Below are positions 63,237 to 64,000 of a DNA stretch of 64,000 bases, in pieces. The translations under genes were made by a program, and so were the position numbers. Under the pieces are notes generated by a model. That model saw nothing but the letters and a program-made list of their open reading frames with translations. It ran no database searches and was not told the DNA's origin. Each line of letters opens with the position of its first letter. Position 1 is the stretch's first letter. This DNA comes from Azolla caroliniana (taxonomy: Eukaryota; Plantae; Polypodiophyta): positions 12,338,001 to 12,402,000 of the forward strand of contig JBHGNT010000013.1 in the NCBI GenBank assembly GCA_043228905.1, given 5' to 3'.

Positions 63237-64000
63237 ACGGCCCTTATCATAGCACCGTTTTTGTCATGACTGAGCCAATTGTAGATTTTTGTGTATGCTC
63301 ATCCGTAAGATAGGTTGAACTTGTTGCAAGTGCAACCACCAATCCATTGCATCAGTTCGAGTATCTTTTTTGGGCAGATCCACCTTGAAGTTAGGGGGTA
63401 AACGAGGGTCTCTTCCATATAGTGCTCTGAAAGGACTGATTCGAGTCGAGGCCTGCACCGAAGTGTTATACGCATGCGTGATGAAGTGTAGGATCAAGTC
63501 CCACGTTGTGTGTAGTGGATCGATGAATGTGGTAAGTTGTTGTTTAATCGTCTTGTTCGTCCGTTCTGTCAATCCGTTCGTTTGGGGATGATATGAGGAG
63601 GTGAATATTTGTTGAATGCCTAATTGTGTGGCTAATGCTTGCAATACCTCTCCGCTAAATTGTGGTCCTTGATCTGACAAGATTCAAGCTGGACAGCCAT
63701 GTGGGAAAATGATCCACTCCATCAGCTTCGTTGCTATGGTGATAGCTCGTGCATCCGGAATTGCGGTGGTTTTGGTCCATCACGTCAAGTATTTAGATAT
63801 GACTAAGATATACCTGTTTCCTGCTTAGGATTCGGGAAACGGGCTGATGATATCCCATCCAATTAATTCAAAGGGTTCAGAAACAGTAATAGGCTGGAGT
63901 AGGTCATCATTGGAATGGGGTGGCTTAATTTGTTGACATGAGTGACATTGTTTGATGTAGGCTGCGATCGTTGTACGCATTTGCGGCCAATAATATCAGA
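63237..64000 (-). pseudogene. Ty3/Gypsy integrase fragment of a different family
   Basis: YYWPQM...CHSCQ, LIGWDII, SDQGPQF, SSYHPQTNGLTERTN, AYNTSVQASTRISPF, with stops. Confidence 0.9.

Overview
Eukaryotic, TE-rich land-plant DNA. A seed-free plant such as a fern is an inference from the TE and gene types, not proven. There are three host genes: TPX2 (+, about 23 coding exons, 18855-24857), a CYP72-clan cytochrome P450 (+, 4 exons, 26954-36100, with a 6.9-kb first intron packed with LINE copies) and an sn-2 GPAT-type acyltransferase (-, 2 exons, 41923-44380) whose HAD phosphatase aspartates are missing. Both ends of the window are nested transposon stacks: Ty3/Gypsy, three Ty1/Copia elements, RTE/RTEX-like and L1-like LINEs, a hAT transposase and a solo LTR with its TSD. 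The main observations are: (1) a tRNA-Trp-primed Ty3/Gypsy whose Gag-protease and RT ORFs are joined by a complete -1 frameshift signal (G_GAU_UUU, 5-nt spacer, predicted H-type pseudoknot); (2) (TC)n-associated LINE families that share a covarying 3'-terminal RNA hairpin followed by short-repeat tails; (3) a tRNA-like A/B-box module in the LTRs of both copies of this Gypsy family; (4) LINE ORF1 and ORF2 in the same frame with no AUG for ORF2. All coordinates, translations and folds were read by hand, with no database searches.
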